Positions 10,301-19,999 of a stretch of 64,000 bases of DNA are shown piece after piece; position 1 is the stretch's first letter; every line of letters begins with the position of its first letter. The stretch covers positions 97,278,001-97,342,000 of the forward strand of contig NC_045698.1 of NCBI RefSeq assembly GCF_009834535.1, read 5' to 3'. This DNA is from Camelus ferus (lineage: Eukaryota). The notes under the pieces were generated by a model. The model was not told where the DNA came from. It did not search any database and saw only the letters and a program-made list of their open reading frames with translations. The position numbers were made by a program, and so were the translations under genes.

Positions 10301-10379
10301 AGTCCTGCCGCCGCGCGGGAGCCGTGGGCAGCCGCCCCGGGTGCCCGGGCAGGGCTGGCGGGGCAAGCGCGGTCAGCAT
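7329..10379 (-). CDS. PROB1: Proline-rich basic protein 1, intronless, 1016 aa, C-terminal DUF4585-type domain
   Basis: Single long ORF with strong Kozak CCACCATGC. N-terminus MLTALAPPALPG and C-terminal KVLVDPESGRYY...FDPESGQYVEV match recalled human PROB1. Syntenic position between MZB1 and SPATA24. Confidence 0.96.
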   Translation of the reverse strand: MLTALAPPALPGHPGRLPTAPARRQDSSGSSGSYHTAPGSPEPWDFGPDAEGRTNWPRVAPALGAGAQPRLSVSAQNSRQQLWPGSGFPRGPSSGPRPPLPQLRMLPSGEMEVIFGTGPLFSRSDAEDSEVQQLTARAYSNLSPPASSIPAEPQPLAPDGGSRWATYLELRPSGPSPATPAQFECVEVALEERAAPVKPRTVPKRQIELRPRPRSPPRLATAPRPRLLLRTGSLDESLGRLQAAAGLVQTALARKLSPVTSASSNATFGLTGPPEPATPEKPRGTRVVLEEAKSRPPRVHYSSAPARAPRPWPSLRERAIRRDKPTPGTEPLGPVSSSIFLQSKEKNQEAHNQEPKTRFPRETPDRTVLKAQSSPLESRTPWEVSSKTARPRSPSPLWQAPNGTLRGPQCPSPQNPSPWNRAVRSVCNPPLPEASSAWESQDPAVTETVSTKSTSPPTLSQWNQGVTRAQSPSSEAPSSWKVPHPTVGDTAEGSRSPSPPALSSWEAPYRPAGTWSPSPQETWDPTVQSSSVVSKREAMNGVAQEKLVLPTPSAPRTPELTEAQSPSTREMPGSAFRGSQLSPEVAAPQLPLSRLVGTLDADAHPEALGPGEAASGRPRVAIPRPRDVRKMVKTTYAPSFPAGTPGAGLPATPADPRLEEGGASKTQELQALGSSAPAHYTSVFLKDFLPVVSHPYDPPELTPDTVPPEVTQPNGALRRRAENSTAKPFARTEIRLPGALALGRRPEGTREVLVRGPGGKNRDAEAQRLVPDDKGQTSPLGGAHTSPQRSPIGPAGAQPPRPSSPPAHPSSSPGITPKLETTTKAHESAEAVQSPLPREPQALAGRTAPPRPRAASAPPTDRSPEGPYRGARRPLGAVHPGKVLVDPESGRYYFFEAPRQPRLRLLFDPESGQYVEVLLPPSPSVPPRRVYTPLALGPGLYPPAYGPVAGLSLPPSPGPPVFSGPQLPWASQAGPVDGMYYLPVSGTPSPAPPLLLCAPPSNLGPAQPSKGSLFTV

Positions 10380-10520
10380 GGTGGGGCCGGACGCCGCGCA
10401 CTACCTCCCTCGCATTCGCCTCCGCTGGTGCCGTGGACGCCCGCACTGTCCCCGCCCCGCCCGCGGGTGCCGTGGGGGGTCACCGTGCCTTAAAGCGGCC
10501 GCGTCCGCTTCAGAGCTAGC
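7440..10520. promoter_or_regulatory. CpG island(s) covering the PROB1 promoter and most of its CDS, with a CpG-poorer segment at about 8660-9260
   Basis: Visibly very high GC content and dense CG dinucleotides; not computed. Confidence 0.75.
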
Positions 10521-12330
10521 GGACTCAGCAGACGGAGAGACCTGGGCCCTGGGTCCTACCCTCCCATACCTGTGGGGTGACATTCCAGGCTTTGGTTGCC
10601 GGGAAGGTGAGGGGAAGGCAGACAGGCGTCCAGCGTGGACCCAGGAGCTAGGCCCAAGGCCACTCATCCATTACAGGTGAGAAAACTGAGGCTAAGCAGG
10701 GATGTCCCTGAGGTCAAGCACTATGGTGTGCGGACCAGTGTATGCCAGACCACCAGACCTTCAGGCCAGGAAATTAAGGTCATGTTAGCAATTTCATCTT
10801 CCTGTCAGAACCCAGCGTCTTCCCATCACTGCCCTGCCCCCCTCCCCCTAGCCCTCCCATCGCCTTTCCCAGCCAGAGCCCATAAGGGTGCAATCACCAC
10901 CTTCCTTGACCCATCACCCCCCTAACCTTTGAGAGAAGAGCATGGCTTGAAAGTCTCCGCCCACTCCAGAAATTACACTGGGGCCTCAGGAAAGTGCTGT
11001 CCCTGGCTGGACCCATTGCCTTTACTGGGAACCTACTGAAAGATGCTGGAGGGGACAGCTCTAGCTTTTACAGGCTGCTTTGGCAACCAGATTAAGTCCC
11101 GGATGCTGATGTGGGACTCTTAGGGACCTTTGGGGTAGCTGTGGTCCCTTCTCTAAAGCCCCTCTGAGGCAAAAATAACTCTATGCTCTCCCAGGCACTC
11201 ACAAGGCCCTCATTCCAGCCCCCCGCCACCTCAGGACTTGCCTTGGGGCAAGTGCTGATGGAGAAGCAGCCACCACCTGTCACTGTCCTGGGACAATGAT
11301 AATGGGCACCACTTGTTCTTAAACTCCTGGCTTCAAGGTCCTGCTGTGACTCAGGGCCCAGCTGGTCCTGGAGCAACAGCATCGGCCCCTCCTGTGTACT
11401 CACCCTCACAATGACCCAGGAAAGGCTAGACTTGACAAATCTGACTCAGCCTTCCCTGAGTGGGTCCCCTGCCTGGGTGTGTCCCCGTGACGCCCTAGGG
11501 CACATTAGTGATAGCTTCTGAGAGGATCAAGCCTCTCCATCACATCCAGCAACGGGAGCAAGTCATAGCCCCTTCACAGACTTGTTTCCCCGCCTTAAAA
11601 ATAGACACAGCATTGGCCTTTCCCTCTCCTCCATTTGTGAACACTGATAAGTTTCTGTGTGGGACAAGTGTAAGAAGGTACAAATGTGACTCACAGGTAT
11701 AATGTTCTTGTTATGTGATGGAAACCGATTTCCCAAATTCACTGTGGTCCTGGAATCCACTGTCTTTGAACTCTCTGGTCAGCCCTTCTCACAGATGCAT
11801 ACACAACACACACACACACAAAGCCCTTCAAGTTGGGAGTTAAATCTACCAGGGTGCTGGAAGTGTTACTGGGATAACCAGGGCTGTTTACATATGGAGG
11901 GATTTAATACCAAGAGTACAAAAGGCCAATGCCTACTAGACAACCAAGTAATCCTTCCCTATTCTACAGCCGTGTACCTCCATGGACCGCCACTGCTTCC
12001 TGAGGGAAGTAGCAGGTGCTGGAGACTTGAGCAGCATCCTCAGACTTCTGAGCCCAGGAGTGGCCTGGCAGGTGGTGATCCAAGGCCTGTTCCCCACCCA
12101 GTCCCTGGTAACTTGATTCTCACTTGGGTCACCCAAGTCCAAAAGGCAGGCAGGGAGAAGGAAGAAGAGTGTCTTTTGCCTCTTACCCTGCCTCTTCCCT
12201 GGGGCTTGGGCCACTGGTGAGGCCTGAGGGAGGTTACCCACAGGAATAGGAAGGGTCAGGATGGGGATTCCACAGCAGAGAAGGCAGAGGTCGGGCATTA
12301 CAGCCAGAGAACAGAAAGGCGACGGCCATT

Positions 12331-12460
12331 TTATTTTTCCCTGGCACGNNNNNNNNNNNNNNNNNNNNNNNNNNNNNNNNNNNNNNNNNNNNNNNNNNNN
12401 NNNNNNNNNNNNNNNNNNNNNNNNNNNNNNNNNNNNNNNNNNNNNNNNNNNNNNNNNNNN
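12331..12460 (-). CDS. SPATA24: SPATA24 exon 6 (only 12331-12348 visible; 5' boundary inferred inside the N gap)
   Basis: CGT GCC AGG GAA AAA TAA; recalled human C-terminus is ...PREK. Confidence 0.7.
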
Positions 12461-15400
12461 NNNNNNNNNNNNNNNNNNNNCGTGGGCTGGGGACAGCCCA
12501 GGGTAGGGGCCAGAGGTCTGGCTCCCCACTTCCTTCAACAACCCCCAGCCTGACCCGAACCCCTCACCTGAAGATCTCTTTCTGCTGGCTGATAACATGC
12601 TGCAACTCTTTAATCTCATTCTCTTTGCCATTAAGTATATCTTCTTGCTTTATAATGTGAGACTCAATTTCTGTGGGGGAGAGAGGCAGGGAGGAGTGGT
12701 TCCCATCCCATGGGCTCTTTCCTGAGATAAGGAATTCCCTCATGGGTCTTTTCAGAACTTGGCTCCCTCCACCCAGGGGTTCTCCATGAATGGTTGCTAA
12801 TACCTTAGTAAGAATGAGTCTTTTATGGAGTCCTGATGGGGTGGGGCTGGGGAGTCACAACATTTTGATGAATGTATCTGTGACTTCACAATTCTATTCT
12901 GGACCAGGTGACTCACATGAGGGCGTGCAAAGGCCCTTGGAGAGAGATGGGCAAAGGCAAGAGGATGAACAGCTCCTGCCCTCAACTCCTGCAGCTCTTT
13001 AGAGCTATCACCTCCTTGGAGAGACCCTTCCTATTCTAAAATTACATCCCTTCCCAATACATTCTATCCCTTTTTCCTGCTGTATTTTTCTTCTTAGCAC
13101 TTATCTCACAAACCATGGATTTTACTCACTTGTCTTTTCCCCTACTAGGATGTAAGGTCCACAAAGACAAGGATTTTTGTTTTATTCACTGCCTTAACCC
13201 TAATGCCTAAAACAGTATCTGGCACATAGTAGATGCACAATACATTTATTTGTGGAATGAATAAACAGGATGTCCCCTGGGGGGCTATGTCTCAGAAACA
13301 TCACCTAATTCAGTCATCTCAATCCAACCAGACCTCCTGAAGGTCAGCTGGATGCCCAGTTCTGTGCCAGGGCTTCAGGAAAGAACACAGAGGAGTGAGG
13401 AGGAGCCAGAGAGACAGAATGACAAAACTTATCCCCAAATTAAGTGCTCATTAGATGCAAGGATGATTTTTGTGTCTTGGGTTAAAATCCAATGAGGCTG
13501 TAGGGATCTGGGGTTGCTTCATTTACACAACTATCCCTCGGGGAGCACTCGAAAATTCTGATCCTTGAAGGAAGAAAATCCTGCTGCCTTTAAAGGTTGG
13601 ACAAAGATTAACTAGAACATAAACTCTAAAAATGCAGAAATGTTGAAGCATTTAAGGTTTCAGAAGAGAAGATATGGTAAAAAGTTAAGGCACAGCGTGG
13701 AAAAGAGGAGAAACACTGGTGAAGGAAAAGAATGAAAACATTAGCTCACTGGGTCACAGGACCAGGACTGAAACTCCTTCCCCAGGTCACCCAGCCAATC
13801 CAAACCGATTGCTTGTGAAGTTCTTATGGGGAGAAAGAAATCAGAAATTTGTGTGAATCCTTTAAAATAAATGAGGGATAAATTTGAAATAAATGGCACC
13901 CCAAAAAACCAAACTGAAACCAAAGTTGGCAGGAGGAGGACACAGGCCAGGGGGTGGCTCAGGTCACCAGATTTGCTCAGGTGACGGCTTGTACCCTACT
14001 GGAGGGGTTCAGAACATTCCTGGGGGAATGCAGCCAGGCTTCGTCTCTGTGACTCACAGAAACTTACCATAAGCAGACAGAGACCCGAGGCCTTGGCTGA
14101 TCTCTAGGAAATGCCCCAGAGGAAGGGCCTCCAGGACCATCAGGGAAGAACCCTAGATTCCTTTCAGGGAAGTAGGGGCAATGCCCAGGGAAGTGGGAAG
14201 GACTATGGGACTAGCATCCTTGGGTTTTGAGGCAGTGTCTGCCTTTTGGGCCCCAGGAGGCCCTAACAGGAACCCCTGATCAAACAACCATGACGCCTGT
14301 TAGTCCACTTAGCCAGATCAAGATGGCAGCCTGCTGGCATCTTACCAGTGAGGGTACTCACCAGGGGAGAGAGAAGGCAGCATTGGTGGGTAGCGGGTGC
14401 CCAATGCTCCAGGTGGGGGCCCTTCAGAAGAAATCCTGAACCTCTTTTGGGTTTGAACTTTGGCCTACTCAAAATGCTTCAGTGAATGAAGATGTTGCAT
14501 ATGGAATTCAAATCTACTTCTTAAACTAGGTACAGGGAGCTTAGCATTCTGGGAAAAGTAAAGGGGTTCCTGAGGTCCGGAGATACTGGGTAGCTGACTG
14601 AAAGTGCCCCACAATTCACAGCACCAACTGAGCCAACAAGAGTCCAAAGGCATCTGCACAGAGCAGACATATGGCCTACGGACATATTTTCCTTGGCCCA
14701 TACAATACTTAAAAAGTTTCTAAATCAGTTGCCAAGACTAAAAAGTCAGAAAAGCTTCCATTAAAATCTGGTTTCCAGTTTCTTTTTGAAAGATCTGATA
14801 GTACTGGGCCCCTATTCCCACAGTAGAGGCACTAAGCCCTTGAGGTGGAGTACAGCTATCCACATTTTCAGTTCCTACTCCTCCCTGTTGGGTCCCCAAC
14901 CCTGACACTAGGGGTCAGCTTCCAAATAGGACTGTGCCCCCCCTGTTGTTCCTCTGGTAACAGAGTTATGAGTAAAATACACTATTTCTAATATTCACTA
15001 AAAGTGGGAAAACAAAAAGGTGGACTAAGAAGGTTGTATGTTTCAAGAAAAATGGGAGCGAGCCCGTTTCTTTATGGCCACGAAGAATATTGTACACCAA
15101 TCGCTTCCCTCATTTCCGTGGCCTGCCTGGTCCCTGAAGGCCTTTGCGAAGGTGTGGCCCGCCTGGGCTTGCCTGTATCCTCAGCCGGGGACAGAAGTTG
15201 GGGTGAAACCCTGCCCTGGACACAGGCACTGGGCAGTTAGGGAAGAGCCCATGTATGTAAGCGTGGGAGGGAGCTCGGGCCTCCCGCCTACCATTGCACT
15301 TGGTGATGAGCTGGTCCTTCTTGCTGGACTCCTGCAGGGCTCTGCTCTTGACACTGGAGAGCCTGAGTGGAGAAGATGAGAAAGGGTGGGAAGGCTGATG

Positions 15401-17266
15401 GGCAGATGGGAACCCCAACCCTTCCCCCACTACCAAGGCCCACTCACGCCTTTTCAAAGGCCAGCTTCTCTTTCTCCAGCTGTTTAGACAGCACCTCTAC
15501 CTCTCCAAGGGCAAACTGCAACTTCTCCTCTTCCTTGGCCAGGAGGACCTTGGTCTTGGCATGGGCAGCTTTCTCTTCCTGCAGGGGCAGCAGCAGTGAC
15601 CTCATTACCCCAAGCTACATTGGGTCTCCTAGGCTCCCTTAACCAACCCTCTTTCTCAGAGGGGCACAAAGAAGCCAGGGTGCAGGGATATTCACTACTG
15701 GGGCTGGAAGCTCTCAGAGGCCAATACTCAATGACTCTGCCCAACCACAGTGATCCTGGGAAATGAGGGAAAATTAGGAGCCAGCAGAGGCCATTACTTA
15801 CCACCAGCTTTTTCTCCACTGCCTGGAACTCTTCCTTACTGACAAAATTTTCATCCTGGAGAACCATCTGCAACAGAGCCTGGCTCAGGGAGGGCCTGGG
15901 GCTGGGCTGGGAGGGGTGTTCTCTAGGGACCAGGAGCAAGGATGATAATGGGATGATGCCCAGGACACCCAGGATGATACTGGGGCCCAGGGAAGGGAGA
16001 GTTCACTTTCATGAGATTGACTGAGGCTCAGCTCTAGGTCCTGCCCTCAGGGAGCAACCAATCTCATGGAGGATATAGCCCATGGCCACCATTTCTAACA
16101 GTATGTGTGCTATGATGGAGGAACGCAAAGGGCTGTGGTGCCCAGAGGCCCCTGACCCAGCCTGGGGAAGGGTCAGAACTGCTTCAAGGGAAGAGGGTGT
16201 CAGACCTGAGATTTGACTATTAAATAGGGTTGGCCAGAAAGATAAAAGAGAAAAGTGTTCCAGACAAAGGGAACATGCATGCAAAGGCCAGCTGCCAACA
16301 CAGAGACCTGGGTACCTAAAGGCTCCACAAGATTCAGTGCCCAGAGCTGCATACAACCATTAGAGTCAGAAACAGATGTGTAGTCAGTTTTATATATCCA
16401 GGGGAGGGGGTATCTCAGTGGTAGAGTGCATGCCTAGCATGCACAAGGTCCTGGGTTCAATCCCCAGTACCACCATTAAAAATAAGTAAATAAATAAACC
16501 TAATTACCTACCCCACGCCCCCCCCCCAAAGTTTTATATTTCCCAACCTTCTTATCAAGATGAAAAACAAAACCAGAAAAACCATAAACTCTTAGTTGGC
16601 CAGGATTCTACCATGCCTGTCCAGGTAATCTACGGCTCCAATGCTTTGCACCCATGAACTGGGGTTTGATTGGCAAGTCAAAAATAAAGGGACATAAAGG
16701 AGTTGGAAGCCCTTAAGTTAACGTGTGAAGAGCCAATTCTGTGCTTACTGCACTCAGCATGGGGAGGAGATTCCAAAATAGGAATGATGTTACAGTTTTT
16801 CGGTACGCAAGAGCCTTGGGAAGTCAGTGAAGACATCTCCAGTTAGAAATGGGGAAACTGAAGCTTAGTGAATAAACTGGGGGCATATCTACTAGGCCCT
16901 GTATAATCAGGCAAATAGAGTAGAGAATAACTTGATTTTGTCTAAAATTCCCCGGTAAATATTCATAAGACCCTGCACCTTTTTGGCTCCATCCCTATCA
17001 GCCAGAACACATCCGTGCCCCGCCTCCTCCTGATGACGCCACTGGCATTGTGCTCTCGGCAGGCCCCTGGCATAGGGACAGGGTCTGGCACCGCCCCCAC
17101 TATTTAGGCGTCCATTCCGGCCTCTCCCCCAGCTCTTCTGGCTGCGTACCACGTTCCTCAGCTGGTGGATCAGTTCCTCCTGAGACTCAATCACGTCCCG
17201 CAGTTGATCGAAGGCGAGACACACCGATCCTGACCCCCCCTGCGACCACCCGACGGGTGTCGCCAT
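12331..17266 (-). CDS. SPATA24: Spermatogenesis-associated protein 24 (coiled-coil), about 205 aa; join(17150-17266,15802-15867,15448-15578,15292-15362,12568-12670,12331-~12460)
   Basis: MATPVGWSQGGSGSVCLAFDQLRDVIESQEELIHQLRNV / MVLQDENFVSKEEFQAVEKKLV / EEKAAHAKTKVLL... match recalled human SPATA24. GT-AG boundaries in phase. The last exon ends RAREK-TAA and is mostly in an N gap. Confidence 0.95.
12568..12670 (-). CDS. SPATA24: SPATA24 exon 5
   Basis: CAG...GTGAG boundaries; IESHIIKQEDILNGKENEIKELQHVISQQKEIF. Confidence 0.93.
12990..13265 (+). mobile_element. L2 LINE 3' end
   Basis: Ends ctggcacatagtagatgcacaatacatttatttgtggaatgaataaa, the L2 3' terminus pattern. Confidence 0.7.
15292..15362 (-). 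CDS. SPATA24: SPATA24 exon 4
   Basis: CAG...GTAGG boundaries; LSSVKSRALQESSKKDQLITKCN. Confidence 0.93.
15448..15578 (-). CDS. SPATA24: SPATA24 exon 3
   Basis: CAG...GTGAG boundaries; EEKAAHAKTK...LAFEK. Confidence 0.93.
15802..15867 (-). CDS. SPATA24: SPATA24 exon 2
   Basis: CAG...GTAAGT boundaries; MVLQDENFVSKEEFQAVEKKLV. Confidence 0.93.
16401..16529 (+). mobile_element. tRNA-derived camelid SINE in SPATA24 intron 1, with TSD
   Basis: A/B boxes; flanked by agttttatatatcc (16386) and agttttatatttcc (16530), 14 bp with 1 mismatch. Confidence 0.85.
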
Positions 17267-17440
17267 CTTTCACCCCCGCCAGCTCGTTGGAAATGGCTGC
17301 CGGGGGCTGCCTCACCACCGTCGCCCACCAATGAGAATGCGACGCCACGCAGCACCTTGGCAACCGCGGGCGGGGACTTCCTTTGTTAGCAAGGCTGGGG
17401 CCCGCCTCTTAAAGGAACCGCCCTCTTAAAGGAGCTGCCT
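17000..17440. promoter_or_regulatory. SPATA24 CpG-island promoter
   Basis: CpG-dense; GC box, RFX-like half sites, YY1-like CGCCATCTT over the start codon. Confidence 0.7.
17150..17266 (-). CDS. SPATA24: SPATA24 exon 1 (coding part)
   Basis: ATG at 17266, 39 codons, GTACGC donor. Confidence 0.94.
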
Positions 17441-18633
17441 GGGGCAGAGCTTCTCCAACATCATTAGGAATTTAAATGTATAGGGAATGTGCACATCTAT
17501 TATATCGTGTGTTTCTCACGCAGCTCTGAGGAGACAGATCCTGGCTTATACTCACTCTAATGTCTAATCATCGGCTGATGAGCAGGCAACACTCAGACAC
17601 AAGCCCCCAACCTTCACCCATTAAGCTGAAACACCATCAAACAAGAGTCAGCCCCTGCATCTGTAGCTTCACATGTTTCTTTATCTCACTATAATCTCTA
17701 AATTTTCCCCATGAGTTTGAGACTCTGGCCTCCTGTGATCTCTCTTTCTCCTAGGAACACACTTAGTACTTAGGGGGTCTGAGCCTAAGCAATGAAGGGA
17801 AGCTCAGGAATAGAAAAGGAGAGTGGAGTGGCTTCATCAGAGATAAAAGTACTCATACTCTGGTACCAGGCTCTGGGTAGCCACGCTGGAGCCAGGTACC
17901 GCCAGATCAAAGTGCTGGGGGGCCCTGAAGAACCTGAAGAGATTAGAGCTGAAGTCAGCCATGAAGGAGACTTGTAAAATGGAGGCAGGAAAGGATAAGA
18001 TGTTCACACATCTCCACCAATCCCTGTTGAGGGCTTTTTTTTGAAATCCAAATAAGATTAAGCTTGGAGAAAACCAGAACTAATATTTATCAATTACTCA
18101 CTATTTCGTGACACGTTTATGTCTTGTTAGTATTATTTCACATGATCCTTATAATAACCTTGGGAACTAGATTCCAGATATCCCCATTTTACAGATGAGG
18201 AAATATAGGTTCTATGAGAATGAATAACCCAGTAAGCCAGGGTCACCCAAGCTAGTAAACCTTAGAACTGGTCTGTGAGGGGGGCAGTTTGATTACAGAG
18301 TCCATGTACTATGATGCTGTGCTGCATTTTGGTTGAACATAATGGATTCTAAAGTTAATGAATTTGAAATCCACAAGCAGGAAATGACTGTATTAAAAAC
18401 GAGTTTGGAAAAAATGTTGTCAATGGCCACAAAGGGAGGTTGACATTTTAGGTAAGCCACTCAGGCTGCTCTCCTCAGCTCTCTAGGTGCCTCTTTTTGG
18501 TTGGATGTTGTGACCTGACAAACATGATCATTCCTGTGGATCTCCCAGTGGAAGCCCTTGTTTTATCTTTCCTCTTTTCTTGTGTCTGTTCTCATATCCT
18601 TGAGGGCAAGGCCATCTCTGTTGATGAATCTTT

Positions 18634-18670
18634 TTTTTTTTTTTAACATTTTTTATTGATTTATAATCAA
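18634..18670 (-). mobile_element. Extremely 5'-truncated L1 3' tail insertion (37 bp) with perfect 14-bp TSD
   Basis: TSD GTTGATGAATCTTT at 18620-18633 and 18671-18684. Insert on the minus strand is TTGATTATAAATCAATAAAAAATGTT plus poly(A). Confidence 0.85.
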
Positions 18671-18695
18671 GTTGATGAATCTTTAAGGGCCTAGA

Positions 18696-19010
18696 GCCAT
18701 AGAGTCCAACAGAACTTCCGTGATGGAAATGTTCTGCACTGTCCAATACCATCAGCCCCTAGCCACAGAGGACTCCGCAGCACTTGAAATGTGGCTCATG
18801 TGACTGAGGAATGGCTTTCTAAATTTTAAAACATTCTAATAAGATAACAAAAAACAAAACCCAAAAACTTGTCCAGTGGACAAGGCAGTAGTATCCAAGA
18901 GACACATCATCCATGTAACTAACCCTAGAAACTGAAGTGTTCACTCAGAAGGAAAAAATTAAATTTAAATAGCCATATGTGGCTAGTGGCTACTGTATTG
19001 GATAGTGTAG
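18696..19010. mobile_element. MER3-like hAT MITE interrupted by an insert of about 118 bp
   Basis: gtccaacagaacttccgtgatggaaatgttct...ctgtccaatac...tagccatatgtggctagtggctactgtattgga matches recalled MER3. Confidence 0.75.
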
Positions 19011-19529
19011 GCCTAGAGTGTGCTGTGTAGTTTATATGCCTCAGCACAGAACCCTCTGGGAATTTTGTCTTTCAAATGGGAATATTCACCCGAATCACTC
19101 TTGAAAAGGCTGCACAGTGCTCTCGGGCAGCGAGCCCTGAATCTCATGAACCGTGCCCCCTCTCTAGGGTCTTTCATGAGGTGCTACTGGATGTCCCTTG
19201 CCACTCAACATTCATCTCCGCCAGCTGAAATAGGTTGCCCTTCACATTTAGGGCAAAACCCTGGAGTGCAGTAGGCTCCAGCAGCCAGTTCCCAGGAGAT
19301 GGGAAGTTGTGAGCAAGAACAGAACCCTAGATCCAGGTCCACACCCTCCACGGACATGAGGGATGGTAATCCTGGTTGGAAACTGCCACAGACTCCCATT
19401 CTATATGTCAACAAACACTACAGGCTCCTGCCAATCTGGGCCCAGTAAGGCTCAGGATAACATGACATCACAGATAGCTCTGTGATCCTGCTCTGGGAAG
19501 GGCTTCACAGGGTTGTCATCCTGGTTGAT

Positions 19530-19965
19530 GTTCTCATTATCTATGGCTGCATTAACAAACCACCCAAAATTTACAGCTTAAAAACAAAATCACTTTGCTC
19601 AGGAATCTTCAGTCTGGGCAGGGTTCAATAGTGAAAGCTCATCTCTTCTCCATGTAGTATCAGCTAAGATGGGGGGAGGGGATAGAAGTTCCACTTCCAA
19701 GATGGCTCACTCACCAAACTAGCAAGTTGGTGCTGTCAGCTGGGAGCTCATCTGAGGCTGAGAACCAAGATTCTTGGTTCCTCTCCATGGGCTGCTTGGG
19801 CTTCCTCATAACATGGTGATTAGGTTCAAAAGAAAGCATCCAAAGTGATGAAATGGAAAATGCCAGTTTCTTAAGGCCTTGGTCAAGGAACTACAGAGTC
19901 CAGATTCAGGCAGAGAGGACACATCCTACCTTTTGATGGGAATAATTTCAAAGAATTTGAGCTTC
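19530..19965 (-). mobile_element. MaLR (MLT1-type) solo LTR
   Basis: tatctatggctgcattaacaaaccacccaaaatttacagcttaaaaacaa start and ttccaagatggctcactcac core. Confidence 0.7.
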
Positions 19966-19999
19966 CAGAAGGAAGTCCTGACAGGTGGCATGTCATTTC

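Noticed and set aside
7427-10680. Numerous 64-251 aa ORFs overlapping PROB1 on both strands (e.g. 9611-10366, 10147-10446)
   Set aside because: Expected from stop-poor GC-rich DNA. The two checked start at TTG or GTG rather than ATG and show no recognisable domains.
11936-12631. Long ORFs containing X runs (also at 25121, 27985, 32292, 42621, 44149, 61544)
   Set aside because: Artefacts of translating N gaps.
15484-15939. 151-aa ORF joining SPATA24 exons 2 and 3 through the intron
   Set aside because: Chance open intron frame. The canonical splice sites give the conserved protein.
18841-18958. C/D-box snoRNA in the MER3 insert
   Set aside because: No RUGAUGA and CUGA pair in the correct order on either strand, and no terminal stem.
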